Assembly: GCA_046076045.1 (NCBI GenBank)
Contig: JBJTRI010000033.1
Location: 745 to 64,744, forward strand
Direction: 5' to 3'
Length of the DNA stretch: 64,000 nt
Origin: a bacterium
Lineage (GTDB): Bacteria; Eisenbacteria; RBG-16-71-46
Shown in pieces: positions 56,119 to 64,000 of this stretch; within the stretch, counting starts at the first letter, position 1; every line of letters starts with the position of its first letter. A program made the position numbers and the translations under genes. The notes beneath the pieces are model-generated. The model did not search any database and had not been told where the DNA came from. It saw only the letters and a program-made list of their open reading frames with translations.

Positions 56119-57741
56119 ATGATCCCGCGTCGCCGTCGTCCCATCGGTCCGCTCGTCATCGCCATGGCGCTCTCGCTGCTGCTCGGTTTCGGCTTCGCGC
56201 GCGTGCTCTCCGCGACCGACGACCTGCGCACCCAGCTCGACCTGTTCTCGCAGGTGCTCTACACCGTGCAGAACAACTACGTCGAGCCGCCGGACAACGA
56301 GAAGCTCATCAAGGGCGCCATCGACGGCATGCTGCGCACGCTCGACCCGCACACGAACTTCCTGCCCAAGCAGCGCGCGGCCGCCATGGACGAGAACTTC
56401 CGCGCCGAGTACTCGGGCATCGGCGTGCAGTTCGACATCGTGGACAACAAGATCGTCGTGCTCTCGCCCATCGAGGGCACGCCGGCCTACCGCCTCGGCA
56501 TCCGCGCCGGCGACAAGATCGTCCAGGTCGACGGCAAGCCGCTCAAGAAGGGGCTCGTCAACGACGACGTGTTCAAGCTCCTCAAGGGCCCGACCGGCAC
56601 GCAGGTGGGCGTGGATATCGAGCGCCCCGGCGAGGACGAGCTGCTGCACTTCAAGATCGAGCGCGCCAAGATCCCGATCGAGTCGCTGCCCTACGCCTAC
56701 ATGATCCGCCCGGGTGTGGGCTACGTGCGCATGGTGCGCTTCGCGGCCACGACCGGCGAGGAGTTGGAGAACGCCGTCGCCAAGCTGCGCGCCCAGGGCA
56801 TGCGCAGCCTGCTCATCGACCTGCGCTCGAACTCGGGCGGTCTGCTCACGCAGGCCGTGGACGTGCTCGACCAGCTCGTGCCCGCCGACCAGCGCCTCGT
56901 GTACACGCGCGGCCGCATCAACTCGGCGAACGCCGACTACTACTCGACCGCACGCCCCAACAAGTTCCTCGACGGCCCCATCGTGGTGCTGGTGGACCAC
57001 GGCAGCGCGTCGGCCTCGGAGATCGTCTCGGGCGGCCTGCAGGACCTCGACCGCGGTCTCGTGGTGGGGCTCAACACGTTCGGCAAGGGGTTGGTGCAGA
57101 ACCAGATCAACCTCACCGAGGGCAAGCTGCTGCTCACCGTGGCCCGTTACTACACTCCGAGCGGCCGCGGCATCCAGCGCGACTACGGCAAGTTCGAGGA
57201 CGTCACGGACTACCAGACCGAGGCGTACAAGGAGGAGGTGCCGACCGACTCCGTGCTCGCGACCCGGCCCAAGTTCAAGACCGGGACCGGTCGCACGGTG
57301 TACGGCGGTGGCGGCATCTACCCCGACGTCATCGTGAAGGACTCGCCGCGCCTGACGCGCGTCGAGGTGGACATGATCCAGAAGCGCGCGTTCTTCGACT
57401 ACGCCAACCGGCGCGTGCAGCACCTCGCCACGCCGATGAAGCCCGAGATGCTGGCGCGCGACCGGTTCCGCCTGAGCGACGACGAGTGGCGCGACCTGCG
57501 GACCGCGATCGCCGACAAGGGCGTGCGCATGGACGACTCCACGTGGACGGCCGAGCAGCCGTTCGTGATGCACCAGTTGCGGGCCGAGTTGGCCGCCCAG
57601 ACGCTGGGGCCGCTCGAGCGCTACAAGATCGCCGTCGAGGAGGACACCCAGCTCTCGAGCGCGTTGGAGCTGTTCCCGCAGGCCCAGAAGCTCATGGCCT
57701 CGGCGCCGCGCCGCGCGGCCGGGCGCACCGGGACGCGCTGA
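56119..57741 (+). CDS. ctpA: Carboxyl-terminal processing (tail-specific) protease, S41 family, with PDZ domain
   Basis: TM anchor. PDZ (GIGVQFDIVDNKIVVLSPIEGTPAYRLGIRAGDKIVQVDG). Catalytic Ser (LIDLRSNSGG, DHGSASASE) and Lys (FGKG). Confidence 0.85.
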   Translation: MIPRRRRPIGPLVIAMALSLLLGFGFARVLSATDDLRTQLDLFSQVLYTVQNNYVEPPDNEKLIKGAIDGMLRTLDPHTNFLPKQRAAAMDENFRAEYSGIGVQFDIVDNKIVVLSPIEGTPAYRLGIRAGDKIVQVDGKPLKKGLVNDDVFKLLKGPTGTQVGVDIERPGEDELLHFKIERAKIPIESLPYAYMIRPGVGYVRMVRFAATTGEELENAVAKLRAQGMRSLLIDLRSNSGGLLTQAVDVLDQLVPADQRLVYTRGRINSANADYYSTARPNKFLDGPIVVLVDHGSASASEIVSGGLQDLDRGLVVGLNTFGKGLVQNQINLTEGKLLLTVARYYTPSGRGIQRDYGKFEDVTDYQTEAYKEEVPTDSVLATRPKFKTGTGRTVYGGGGIYPDVIVKDSPRLTRVEVDMIQKRAFFDYANRRVQHLATPMKPEMLARDRFRLSDDEWRDLRTAIADKGVRMDDSTWTAEQPFVMHQLRAELAAQTLGPLERYKIAVEEDTQLSSALELFPQAQKLMASAPRRAAGRTGTR

Positions 57742-57813
57742 CCGCGCGGGTCGGACGAACGCACACGGAGCCCCGGCGGGCGGACCCGCTGGGGCTCCAG
57801 GCGTGACAGGGGG

Positions 57814-58239
57814 TCAGTAGATGGGCGGCGGCGCGTCGTGGCGCGACTTCATGAACGCGATGCCGGGTGCGAGGACCCGGCGCCACACCGCGAGCACCTC
57901 GGTGTCGGCCTCGGGGTCGAACTCGGTCACGACCTGCAGCAGCGACTCCAGCCAGACGTCGTAGAGCGCCGCCGGGATGTCGTGGCCGTGGCGGCCGTGG
58001 ACCGACGCGATGCGCTCCATGTGCACCTGGCCCTCGGGCTTCTCGCCCGCGCTCAGCATCATGAGCACGAGCGAGGCCTTGAGCATGCGGCGCTGCTTGG
58101 CGAGGTCGGTGTTCGCGAACTTCTCCCGCGCCTCGGGGGAGGCGGCGAGGAACACCTCGTAGAACCGCTCGAGGAAGCGCGGCTCCGCGTAGCAGCGCGC
58201 GAGGCTGTCGTCGAAGATCGCGACGTCGTCGTGGGGCAC
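57814..58239 (-). CDS. Globin-like haem protein (bacterial globin family)
   Basis: GTG at 58239 with a GGAGG SD. ~140-aa all-helical protein with FYEVFLAASPEAREKF and a proximal-His candidate (HMERIASVHGRHGHDI). No in-frame ATG exists upstream. Confidence 0.45.
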   Translation of the reverse strand: MPHDDVAIFDDSLARCYAEPRFLERFYEVFLAASPEAREKFANTDLAKQRRMLKASLVLMMLSAGEKPEGQVHMERIASVHGRHGHDIPAALYDVWLESLLQVVTEFDPEADTEVLAVWRRVLAPGIAFMKSRHDAPPPIY

Positions 58240-58253
58240 GGGTCCTCCGGGGA

Positions 58254-60389
58254 TCAGGGTTCGGGGTCGAAGACCCCGAGCGTGTTCAGGATCCACGCGT
58301 AGTCGAACGCCGTCTCGTGCAGCGCGTCGTAGCGTCCCGACGCCCCGCCGTGCCCGGCGCCCATGTTGCACTTGAACAGGATGGGGCGACCGCCGGTGTC
58401 GAGGGTGCGCATGCGCGCCACCCACTTGGCCGGCTCCCAGTAGCCCACCTGGCTGTCGTTGAGGCTCGTCTGCACGAGCATGGCGGGGTAGGAGGTGCGG
58501 GTGAGGTTGTCGTACGGCGAGTAGCGCCGCATGACCTCGAAGTCCTCCTTCACCTTCGGGTTCCCCCACTCCTCGAACTCGCCCACGGTGAGCGGCAGCG
58601 ACTCGTCGAGCATGGTGTTGATGACGTCCACGAACGGGACGTCGGCGACCACGCCCGTGAACAGGTCGGGACGCAGGTTGGTGACCGCGCCCATGAGCAG
58701 ACCGCCGGCGCTACCGCCCTGCACGACGAGCCGCTGGGGCGAGCAGACGCGCTCCGACACGAGCCACTCGGCGCACGCGATGAAGTCGGTGAACGAGTTC
58801 ATCTTGTTGCGCATGCGGCCCTGGTCGTGCCACGCCTTGCCGAGGTCGCCGCCGCCGCGGATGTGAGCGAGCGCGAACACCACGCCGCGGTCCACGAGGC
58901 TGAAGCGCGCCGAGCTGAACGTGACGTTCGACGAGATGCCGTACGAACCGTAGGCGTAGAGCAGCGCGGGCGCCTCGCCGGTCCGCTTGACGTCCTTGCG
59001 GTGCAGCAGCGTGACGGGGATGCGCGTGCCGTCGGGTGCGGTGGCGTGCACGCGCTCCATGGCGTAGCGCGACGGGTCCCAGCCGCCGAGCACCGGCGTG
59101 CGCTTGAGCAGCTTGGAGCCGAGCGTGGCGAGGTCCAGGTCGAACACGCTCGCCGGCGTGAGGAACGACTGGTAGCCGTAGCGGAACGTGGTCGTGGCGT
59201 ACTCGGCGTTGGCCGCCGGGCCGACCGAGTAGGCGGGCTCGGGGAACTCGACGCGCCGGGTCCGCTTGGCCTCGGGTTCGAGCACGGTGATGCGGGGCAG
59301 CGCGTCCTCACGCTCGGTGAGCACGACCGCGCTCGCGAAGCAGTCGTGGTCGGCGATCGTCACGTTCGCGCGGTGCGGCACGACCTCGACCCAGTGCTCG
59401 GGCGACGGGGTCGCGGTGGCGGTGCGCACGAGTCGGAACTCGCGCCCCTGATCGTTGGTGCGGATCCAGAACTCGTCGCGGCGGTGGTCCACGTAGTACT
59501 CGACGTCCTGCTGGCGCGGCGCGATCGTGGAGAACGCCTGGTAGGGCTGGTCGGCACGCAGGACGCGGACCTCGGACGTGGTGTGGCTCGAGACCGTGTA
59601 GAACAGCCACTCGCCGCTGCGCGACAGGCTCACGTCGACGTCGAAGCGCTCGTCGCGCTCCTCGTCGCGCGCGACCGGGCGCGGGGCGGTGAGCTCGCGG
59701 TGCAGCAGGCGGTAGCTGCGCTTCGAGACCGCGTCCTCCTGCGTGTAGAACAGCGAGCGGCTGTCGGCGGCCCACGCGATGCTCGTGACGCGCTCGTCGG
59801 TGACCGGCAGCGTGTCGCCGATCGCGAGGTCCTTCACGTGCAGGCGGTACTGGCGGTAGCCGTTGTCGTCGGTCGTGTAGGCCAGCATCTGGCCGTCGGG
59901 GCTCACCTCGAAGTCGCCGATCGACATGAAGCTGTGCCCCTCGGCGAGCACGTTGAGGTCGAGCAGCACCTGCTCGGGCGCGTTCTCGTCGCGCTTGCGG
60001 CAGTAGAGCGGGTACTGGCTGCCCTCGACCGTGCGCGAGTAGTAGAGCCAACCGCCCTTGCGGTACGGCACCGAGAGGTCGGTCTGCTGGATGCGGTTCA
60101 GCATCTCCAGGTAGAGCCGCTCGCGCATGGGCTGCTGCGCGGCCAGCGTCTGCTCGGTGTAGGCGTTCTCGGCTTCCAGGTGGCGGATCACCGTGGTGTC
60201 CTGCTTGTCGCGCAACCAGGCGTAGTCGTCGGTGAAGCGCTCACCGTGCAGCGTGTACGTGGTGGGGCGCTTCTCGGCGATGGGCGGCTTCGCGGTCGGG
60301 GCGTTGGGTGCGGACATGGACGGGCTTCCCCACAGGGTCAGGAGGGTCAGCGACAGGACGGCGCGCACGACGAGGCGGGACGGGGGCAT
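58254..60389 (-). CDS. ptrB: Oligopeptidase B (S9A prolyl oligopeptidase family)
   Basis: Signal peptide from ATG 60389. Propeller and catalytic domains: GGSAGGLLMG (GGSxGG), DSQV and GHGG. Confidence 0.85.
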   Translation of the reverse strand: MPPSRLVVRAVLSLTLLTLWGSPSMSAPNAPTAKPPIAEKRPTTYTLHGERFTDDYAWLRDKQDTTVIRHLEAENAYTEQTLAAQQPMRERLYLEMLNRIQQTDLSVPYRKGGWLYYSRTVEGSQYPLYCRKRDENAPEQVLLDLNVLAEGHSFMSIGDFEVSPDGQMLAYTTDDNGYRQYRLHVKDLAIGDTLPVTDERVTSIAWAADSRSLFYTQEDAVSKRSYRLLHRELTAPRPVARDEERDERFDVDVSLSRSGEWLFYTVSSHTTSEVRVLRADQPYQAFSTIAPRQQDVEYYVDHRRDEFWIRTNDQGREFRLVRTATATPSPEHWVEVVPHRANVTIADHDCFASAVVLTEREDALPRITVLEPEAKRTRRVEFPEPAYSVGPAANAEYATTTFRYGYQSFLTPASVFDLDLATLGSKLLKRTPVLGGWDPSRYAMERVHATAPDGTRIPVTLLHRKDVKRTGEAPALLYAYGSYGISSNVTFSSARFSLVDRGVVFALAHIRGGGDLGKAWHDQGRMRNKMNSFTDFIACAEWLVSERVCSPQRLVVQGGSAGGLLMGAVTNLRPDLFTGVVADVPFVDVINTMLDESLPLTVGEFEEWGNPKVKEDFEVMRRYSPYDNLTRTSYPAMLVQTSLNDSQVGYWEPAKWVARMRTLDTGGRPILFKCNMGAGHGGASGRYDALHETAFDYAWILNTLGVFDPEP

Positions 60390-60511
60390 GGCAGGGGTCT
60401 CCGGGGACCGGGGCAGGATAGCCGAGGGGTCCGGGGCACGCACCGCCGCGGGGGGCATCGGCCGCGCGCGGGCGCGACTTCAGGGTGCGAAGGTGGAGTG
60501 CGTCCGGCGGC

Positions 60512-61315
60512 TCAGGTGCGGCGCCGGACCACCACCGCGTCGCCCTCGCCGAGTCCGAGCCGGTCGGTGGCCGCACCGCCGACCTGCGCGATCTCGAGCC
60601 GGCCGCTCGACCCCAGCAGGGCCACCAGCGTGCCGACCGGGGCGTCGCCGTACGAGCGCGAGATCCCGGGGATGACGCGCTCGAGCACCGCGACCTCGTA
60701 GGCGGTGTCGGGGGCGGTCTCGCCGAACGCGGCGGCGAGTGCGGAGCCGGTGAGGTTGGTGAGCGCGTTGCCGAACCGGTCCACGAACACGACCTGACCC
60801 ACCAGCGTCTCGCCACGGCGGGACGGCTCGTGCGCGGGCAGGCGCACGGGGTCGTGCACGCGCGGGCCGAACGAGGCGATGGGTTCGCCGCACGCGAGTG
60901 CGGCGGCCACCGGCGCGAACACGTCGCGGCCGTGGAACGTGCGGCTCACGGGGGTGCGGAAGAAGCGCGTCTCGGTGAGCACGTGCACGCGGGCCTCGGG
61001 CGAGCAGAACGCCCACTCGAGCAGGCCGTTGTCGGGGCCCACGAAGAACTGGCCGTGCGACTCGACTGCGAGCGCGCGTCGGTCGGTGCCCACGCCGGGG
61101 TCCACGACCGCGAGGTGCACGGTGCCCGGTGGGAAGTCGTGCGCGGCGGCCTCCAGCATGAACGCGGCGCGCGCGACGTGCGCGGGCGGGATGGAGTGCG
61201 ACAGGTCCACCACGTGCGCCTCGGGCGCGCGCGAGTGCAGCACGCCGTGCACCACGCCCACGAACCAGTCGCTGTGCCCGAAGTCGGACAGGAAGGTCAC
61301 GATGGGACGTGGCAT
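60512..61315 (-). CDS. S-adenosyl-L-methionine hydroxide adenosyltransferase (fluorinase/chlorinase-like, DUF62 family)
   Basis: ATG 61315 with a GGAGG SD. IVTFLSDFGHSDWFVGVVHGV and VDPGVGT motifs characteristic of SalL/FlA/SAM-hydroxide adenosyltransferases. Confidence 0.75.
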   Translation of the reverse strand: MPRPIVTFLSDFGHSDWFVGVVHGVLHSRAPEAHVVDLSHSIPPAHVARAAFMLEAAAHDFPPGTVHLAVVDPGVGTDRRALAVESHGQFFVGPDNGLLEWAFCSPEARVHVLTETRFFRTPVSRTFHGRDVFAPVAAALACGEPIASFGPRVHDPVRLPAHEPSRRGETLVGQVVFVDRFGNALTNLTGSALAAAFGETAPDTAYEVAVLERVIPGISRSYGDAPVGTLVALLGSSGRLEIAQVGGAATDRLGLGEGDAVVVRRRT

Positions 61316-61347
61316 GGGACCTCCGGAGCGGGTGGACCGCCACCCTA

Positions 61348-62364
61348 TCATGCGCGCGGCGCGAGCATCGGGGCGAGGCGCGCCCACGCGCCCTCGACCG
61401 TGAGGCGCGCGAGGCAGCGCAGGTCGTCGCACACGTCGCGGTCGCACGGCGAGCACTCGACGCGCTCCCAGTAGGCGCGGTGTCCGTCGTGCTCGGGGTA
61501 GGGGAAGAACATGGCCGGACGATTCCGGCTCATGAGCCCCAACGTGGGCGCACCCGACGCCACCGCGGTGTGCACCGGCCCGGTGTCGCCGCACACGAAC
61601 GCGGCGCACAGCGACTGCAGCGCGACGAAGCGCGCGATCGGCCAGCCCTCGACGAGGTGCGCGCGCTCGCGCGGCAGGTGCTCGAGCACGGCGCGCGCCA
61701 TGGCGCCCTCGCCCGGTCCCGCGCTCACCAGCGCGACGAGGTCGGGATGGGCCGCCAGCGCACGCGCCGCGAGGGCCGCGAAGCGTTCGGGCGCCCAGCG
61801 CCGCGTGGGCCAGCGTGCCCCGGGGTGCAGCCCGAGCAGGCGCGCGCCCGCCGGCACCCCGAGCGCGTCGAGCGCGGCGCGGGCCTCGTGGCGCGCGGCT
61901 CCGGGCAGCGCGAGTCGCGGCGAGACGTCGCCCGCGGGCACGTCCCAACCGAGCGCGGCGACCGAGGCGAGGTGGAAGCCCACGCTCGAGAGCGTGCGCG
62001 GCCGGGCGTGGTGCGTGTAGAGCGCCGAGCGCCAGCCCTTGTGGGGATAGCCCACGCGCACGCGCGCGACCGAGGCGAACGTCCACACCGCGGTGCGCGG
62101 GTTGCAGAACAGGTCGAACACCACGTCGGGCGCGAACGCGCGCACGCGTGCGAGGAGCGCGAGCGTCTGGCGGGCGTCGGGCCGCGGTGGGACCGCGATC
62201 ACCTCGGCGAAGCGCGGGTCGTGCGCGAGCAGCGGCGCGAGCGGGGCCTCGGTGAGGTAGGCGGCGCGCGCTCCGGGGCAGGCCGCGAGCGCGGCGTCCA
62301 CCGCGGGCAGCGTGAGGCACACGTCCCCGAGGAAGCGGGGTCGCACGAACAGGATCCGGCGCAC
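61348..62364 (-). CDS. Glycosyltransferase family 9 (ADP-heptose:LPS heptosyltransferase-like)
   Basis: ILFVRPRFLGDVCLTLPAVDAL N-terminal motif and GDTGPVHTAVASGAPTLGL C-terminal nucleotide-sugar motif. Start GTG 62364 (no in-frame ATG). Confidence 0.7.
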   Translation of the reverse strand: MRRILFVRPRFLGDVCLTLPAVDAALAACPGARAAYLTEAPLAPLLAHDPRFAEVIAVPPRPDARQTLALLARVRAFAPDVVFDLFCNPRTAVWTFASVARVRVGYPHKGWRSALYTHHARPRTLSSVGFHLASVAALGWDVPAGDVSPRLALPGAARHEARAALDALGVPAGARLLGLHPGARWPTRRWAPERFAALAARALAAHPDLVALVSAGPGEGAMARAVLEHLPRERAHLVEGWPIARFVALQSLCAAFVCGDTGPVHTAVASGAPTLGLMSRNRPAMFFPYPEHDGHRAYWERVECSPCDRDVCDDLRCLARLTVEGAWARLAPMLAPRA

Positions 62365-62455
62365 GTCGTCGCCGCGGACTGGCTTCACGGGCGGGGCTCG
62401 CTCACTATGGGGCGACCGTAGCGAATGCCGCCCACCCCCGCCACCCGAGGTGCCC

Positions 62456-63634
62456 ATGTCGCACGACCATCCCGGACTCGAGACGCTCGCCGTGCACGGC
62501 CCGCACCTCGGTGGCGCCGGCCCCGTGAGCACGCCGCTCGTGCACAGCGCGACGTTCGGCTTCGAGTCGCTCGCCGCGATGGTGGCCGCGCAGGAGGCGG
62601 GGCCCGCGGGCGCGATGTACCAGCGCATCGGCCACCCGACCGTGCGCGCGGTCGAGGAGAAGCTCGCCGCGCTCGAGGGCGCCGAGGAGGCGCTGCTGTT
62701 CCCGTCGGGGATGGGGGCGATCTCGGCCGCGTTCCTGGCGCTGCTGCGCGCCGGCGACCACGTGGTGTGCGTGGACCCGTGTTACGGCGGCACGCAGGCG
62801 CTGCTGCAGTGGGGCGCGGATCGTCTGGGGTGGAGCCACACCTACGTGGACGCGCGGCGTCCCGAGACGTGGGCGGCGGCGTTCCGACCGAACACCCGGT
62901 TGCTGCACCTCGAGACCCCCATCAACCCCACGCTCGTGTGCTTCGACATCGCCGAGGCCGCGCGTCTGGGGCACGCGCACGGCGCGCAGGTGACGCTCGA
63001 CAACACGGTCGCCTCGCCGATCGGTCAGCGCCCGGGCGAACTCGGCGTGGACGTGTCGCTGTACTCGGCCACCAAGTCCATCGCCGGTCACAGCGACCTC
63101 CTGGCCGGCGCGGTCATGGGCACGCGCACCGCACTCGCGGGCGTGCACGCCGCGCGCACGGTGTTCGGCCCCACGCTCGACCCCACGAGCGCGTGGCTCA
63201 TCGAGCGCAGCCTCAAGACCATGCCGCTGCGTGTGCGGGCCGCCAACGCCAACGCGCTCGAACTGGCGCGCCGCCTGCGCGAGCACCCGCGCGTCTCGCA
63301 GGTGTTCTACCCGGGTCTGCCCGAGCACCCGACGCACGCCGTCGCCGCGCGCCAGATGCGCGAGGGCTTCGGTCCGCTGCTGGGCTTCGAGGTCCGCGAC
63401 GGCGCCGAGGCCGCGCTGCGCGTGGTCGAGCGCCTGCGCGTGTTCCGTCACGCCGCCAGCCTGGGCGGGGTGGAGTCGCTCGCCAACCTGGCCGCGTTCA
63501 CCTCGCACAAGGTGATCGGCCCCGAGGGCCGCGCCCGGGCGGGGATCCCCGAGGGGCTGGTCCGGGTGTCGGCGGGGGTGGAGTCGATCGAGGACCTGTG
63601 GGCCGACCTCGCCGAGGGTCTGGCCGGGTCCTGA
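62456..63634 (+). CDS. Cys/Met-metabolism PLP-dependent enzyme (cystathionine beta-lyase / methionine gamma-lyase family)
   Basis: PLP-lysine motif SATKSIAGHSDLLAG. Second member of this family in the window (paralog of 43757-44923). Confidence 0.8.
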   Translation: MSHDHPGLETLAVHGPHLGGAGPVSTPLVHSATFGFESLAAMVAAQEAGPAGAMYQRIGHPTVRAVEEKLAALEGAEEALLFPSGMGAISAAFLALLRAGDHVVCVDPCYGGTQALLQWGADRLGWSHTYVDARRPETWAAAFRPNTRLLHLETPINPTLVCFDIAEAARLGHAHGAQVTLDNTVASPIGQRPGELGVDVSLYSATKSIAGHSDLLAGAVMGTRTALAGVHAARTVFGPTLDPTSAWLIERSLKTMPLRVRAANANALELARRLREHPRVSQVFYPGLPEHPTHAVAARQMREGFGPLLGFEVRDGAEAALRVVERLRVFRHAASLGGVESLANLAAFTSHKVIGPEGRARAGIPEGLVRVSAGVESIEDLWADLAEGLAGS

Positions 63635-63689
63635 ACCCGGCCCCGGGCCCGGTTTTCAGGGTCTAACCCGTTGCCTGTCAACCCCTTGG

Positions 63690-63815
63690 TTGTGCGGCGA
63701 AGAGTGTTGATGCGCCCGGGGCGGCCCCGGAAGTCCTTGTCGCGCTGGCCGGATCGGTCCGGGACCGGGCCCGTAACCCCTTGTCCCGGGGCTATCAACA
63801 ATCTTCGCCGCACAA
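63690..63815. repeat. 22-bp imperfect inverted repeat flanking an 82-bp palindrome-rich spacer (operator / small structured element)
   Basis: ttgtgcggcgaagagtgttgat (63690-63711) vs atcaacaatcttcgccgcacaa (63794-63815), 21/22 complementary. Spacer contains ccggggcggccccgg and ggtcccgggacc palindromes. aacccctTG repeated at 63681 and 63775. Confidence 0.6.
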
Positions 63816-63871
63816 GGTAGACTGGACCGGTGGCTGTCCCATCGTCGACCCGACCGTCGGAGGTTCGTCCC

Positions 63872-64000
63872 GTGATCCGTCCCGCCCTCGTCCTCGTCCT
63901 GCTGGCCGTCCTCGCCGCCCCCTCGGCCCGGGCCGCCACCGCCCCGTCCACCGCCAAGGTCACGCCGGGCGTGGTCACCGACTCGCTCGCGATCCTCGAG
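63872..64000 (+). CDS. Secreted protein, N-terminal fragment (3'-truncated by the window edge)
   Basis: GTG with a GGAGGT SD. Signal peptide VIRPALVLVLLAVLAAPSARAATAP. Confidence 0.5.
   Translation, partial: MIRPALVLVLLAVLAAPSARAATAPSTAKVTPGVVTDSLAILE

Overview
This is a very GC-rich (~72%) bacterial chromosomal segment in which nearly every gene is on the + strand and packed into translationally coupled operons with 1-23 nt start/stop overlaps. Housekeeping content: tgt (3' end), yajC, a def-fmt-rsmB-PASTA-rpe operon, ffh, rpsP, beta-carbonic anhydrase, serS plus a sensor kinase, an M28 peptidase, an OMP beta-barrel, a PorX-like response regulator (receiver+PglZ) coupled to tsaE, a tsaB::rimI fusion and an MscS channel, accD-folC-lptD, a Cu/Ag-type heavy-metal resistance cluster (small Cys protein, CusC/CusB/CusA-like RND system, Cu+ P1B-ATPase, cupredoxin), S9/M28/S41 peptidases, hydantoinase A/B, a GH3 hexosaminidase, aminotransferases, a globin, oligopeptidase B, a SAM-hydroxide adenosyltransferase (fluorinase/chlorinase family) and a GT9 heptosyltransferase. 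The most notable locus is 40.7-46.3 kb. Two paralogous secreted proteins, each a degenerate 5'-nucleotidase-like domain fused to a C-terminal tetraheme cytochrome c, bracket a cystathionine beta-synthase / cystathionine gamma-lyase operon. The first paralog has an in-frame TGA exactly where the second has a Cys codon (CG-TGA-H vs CGCH), followed by stable hairpins, so it is a candidate selenocysteine (or a very recent nonsense) site. Other oddities: a 42-bp tandem repeat (8 copies) encoding a Gly/Pro/Arg-rich N-terminal extension of RsmB; a kinase-less PASTA protein in the position PrkC occupies in Firmicutes; two low-GC islands (36.6-37.0 kb, 46.3-46.9 kb); a Met-rich insertion in the CusA-like pump; and a 22-bp inverted-repeat element at the 3' end. 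The taxonomic guess (Gemmatimonadota-like, e.g. Gemmatirosa-type GC content and PorX-like regulator) is low confidence. The many long Arg/Ala-rich ORFs in alternative frames are high-GC artefacts and were not called.
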